Positions 62,009 to 64,000 of a DNA stretch of 64,000 nt are shown one piece after another. The stretch comes from Tubiluchus corallicola. Lineage: Eukaryota > Animalia > Priapulida. The stretch's first letter is position 1; every line of letters begins with the position of its first letter. The stretch spans positions 1 through 64,000 of the forward strand of contig JAQGDQ010000070.1 of NCBI GenBank assembly GCA_030141605.1, given 5' to 3'. Under the pieces are notes generated by a model. That model was not told the origin of the DNA and made no database searches. It saw nothing but the letters and a program-made list of their open reading frames with translations. The translations under genes were made by a program, and so were the position numbers.

Positions 62009-63569
62009 AATGCATAGGAAACAAATCCAACGCATTGGATATAAATTGTTCCCGATGTGAGTACTCGTTTAATCTTGTAGTTTATAAGCAAATCAAATTT
62101 AGAAATTTGAAACAATGAAAGGTTAACGCTCGCAAAATATGGTAAATATTGGTTTACTGATAAAAAGGCTAGACCCCAATTTCGGCAAACTTGTAAACAC
62201 TACTCAAATGTTTGCTGCTACAAGAGGCACACGTCTACACATTTGATGTGAATTTATTCCATATACACAGACATACTGTGAGGTCACATTACACGGTCAC
62301 TGTGTGGAGCAAAAGCATGTGCTATTAGGCCTCTCCAAATTGTGCACCAATTGACAGTCATCAATAATGTAACTTAATATTACATATTGAAATTATAAGC
62401 AAATTTTGTTCGTAACTTGAAAAAGGACGAGTTCAAATTGTTGCGATTTGTTATACCGTTGTAGAAAATATTGTTTTGATGCGTTTTCAAATTTGTAAGG
62501 GCTAAACATTTAAAAAGGAATTGACGACAACATTTTAATGGTATTCTGTTTTGACGACTGTTCCGTTATGTTTGGCTCTTTGAAAAAGTAAAACACAATT
62601 TGCAACTGAATGTCTTGTATGATAATGTTGATGACTGAGAGGCTGGTGGAAGTAAATAATGATGCCAATACATGAGATGGAGACAATACAGTGGTGTACG
62701 CATTATACAGTTTTATGCTTCTATTTTCGATTTCGTAAACATGTGCAACACCCTCGTGGAATGTTCGTGCCGTTAAAAATTACGTTCAATTGTGACGTTA
62801 TCACCAGCTGGGCTTGCCGGCCGTTAATGAAATTTTTAATATTTAATGATCTGAACACTTTAACGTTATTATACGTGTTAAAATGTGCACTTTTTATCGT
62901 ACTTCAAAATGGAGTAGGATATGAAAAAAAAATCATCCGGGTTCCCTTTAACCGATTTTTTGGAGGGTAAACATCATACCTTTTTAGATATTCTACGAGC
63001 CCCCTTCCAAAAAGAAACCTCGCTTGGATAAATTCGAAAACAATGTTACATATCAAGATTTCCCTAAAGGCGTCAACGAGCCAAAAAAAAACTCGCAAAT
63101 CTGTATTTGTGAGTGAACTGCAAACATTTGATGTTTCACCTCATCATTAAACCTAAATTTAACTTCATAAACTATGAAATAATTTAGCGAAATGTGACAT
63201 TTGGAACATGCGGTACACATTAATATACGAAATTTATGACGATTAAAAAACCAATAGTGAGTTAATAAATAAGCGAAATCACCGTAAGTAAAAACACTGC
63301 TGGTTTTACGTGACATGTATGCAGTAATCATGTACGTGACATGTATGCAGTGGTATAAAATCTAACGTAGAAAATCTTCTTGGTTATTAGTAAGCAAAGT
63401 GTAAAAATTATTGAGGTAGTTGTCGTAAAAAGGTTAGCCAGCCTACCTACAATTTCTAATATTCTTCTTTTGGGTCTTAGTAAACTCTAAGTTCTTATTG
63501 GTTGAAGAACGGTTTTGAAAATAATATAAAGGATTAAACTGCATGAAACAGGAATATTTATAATTTTGT

Positions 63570-63833
63570 ATTATAAATTGGAATAAGTTAGCAAAATTGT
63601 ATCATTTATACTGTTTTTATTATTATTATTTTCTTATTTGTTTTTATTTTTGTTATCTGCAGCATCACCGTTAATTTTTAATATACTAATCTATTTATAA
63701 GAAAGGGCAGGAGACTAGATGACCCTATGGTCCTTCCCTGCCCTGCCCCATGAATATAATTACTTAATATTTAAAAAACTTTTGACGTTAAACTAATTGG
63801 TTGTAAATAAATGTTCTATGTCTATGTCTATGT
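63570..63833 (+). mobile_element. Probable 3' end of a CR1/L2-type LINE
   Basis: Residual INWNKL codons, stem-loop agggcagg...cctgccct, AATAAA, then a (CTATGT)n tail. Confidence 0.5.
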
Positions 63834-64000
63834 ATCGCAGCTTTAGCTTTGTTGCAAGCACAGGTTTTTCATGTTTCTTACATATAACTTAGAAGCTAGA
63901 AACCAAACCGACGTATTGCTTGTGACAATGTAGCCTGCAGTTTATCAGATAGTCATGCCACCATCACTGACAGTTATAGTAAGAAAATTTGTTACAACGC

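Overview
AT-rich eukaryotic (invertebrate-like) genomic DNA; no prokaryotic operons or CRISPR arrays. The backbone is a multi-exon CCDC88 (Girdin/Daple, Hook-related) gene on the minus strand. I could thread about 20 phase-compatible GT-AG exons from 46960 down to 14002, plus candidate microexons. Its first exons and its C-terminal exons were not found in the window. At 1.1-12.5 kb, on the opposite strand and apparently inside a CCDC88 intron, is a tandem array of five intact single-exon rhodopsin-class GPCR genes plus one deleted remnant. These are mosaic recombinants with signal-peptide-like N-termini and hypervariable pocket residues. A second single-exon gene at 57-58 kb (secreted LDLa + Ser/Thr mucin + TSP1-like Cys-rich protein) lies in the presumed large 5' intron, with a cluster of CRE motifs upstream. 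Mobile DNA includes a solo LTR with a 5-bp TSD, TTAA-flanked Kolobok-like non-autonomous elements, a 5S rRNA-derived element, a foldback element and LINE 3' ends. All calls come from manual reading; no searches were run.
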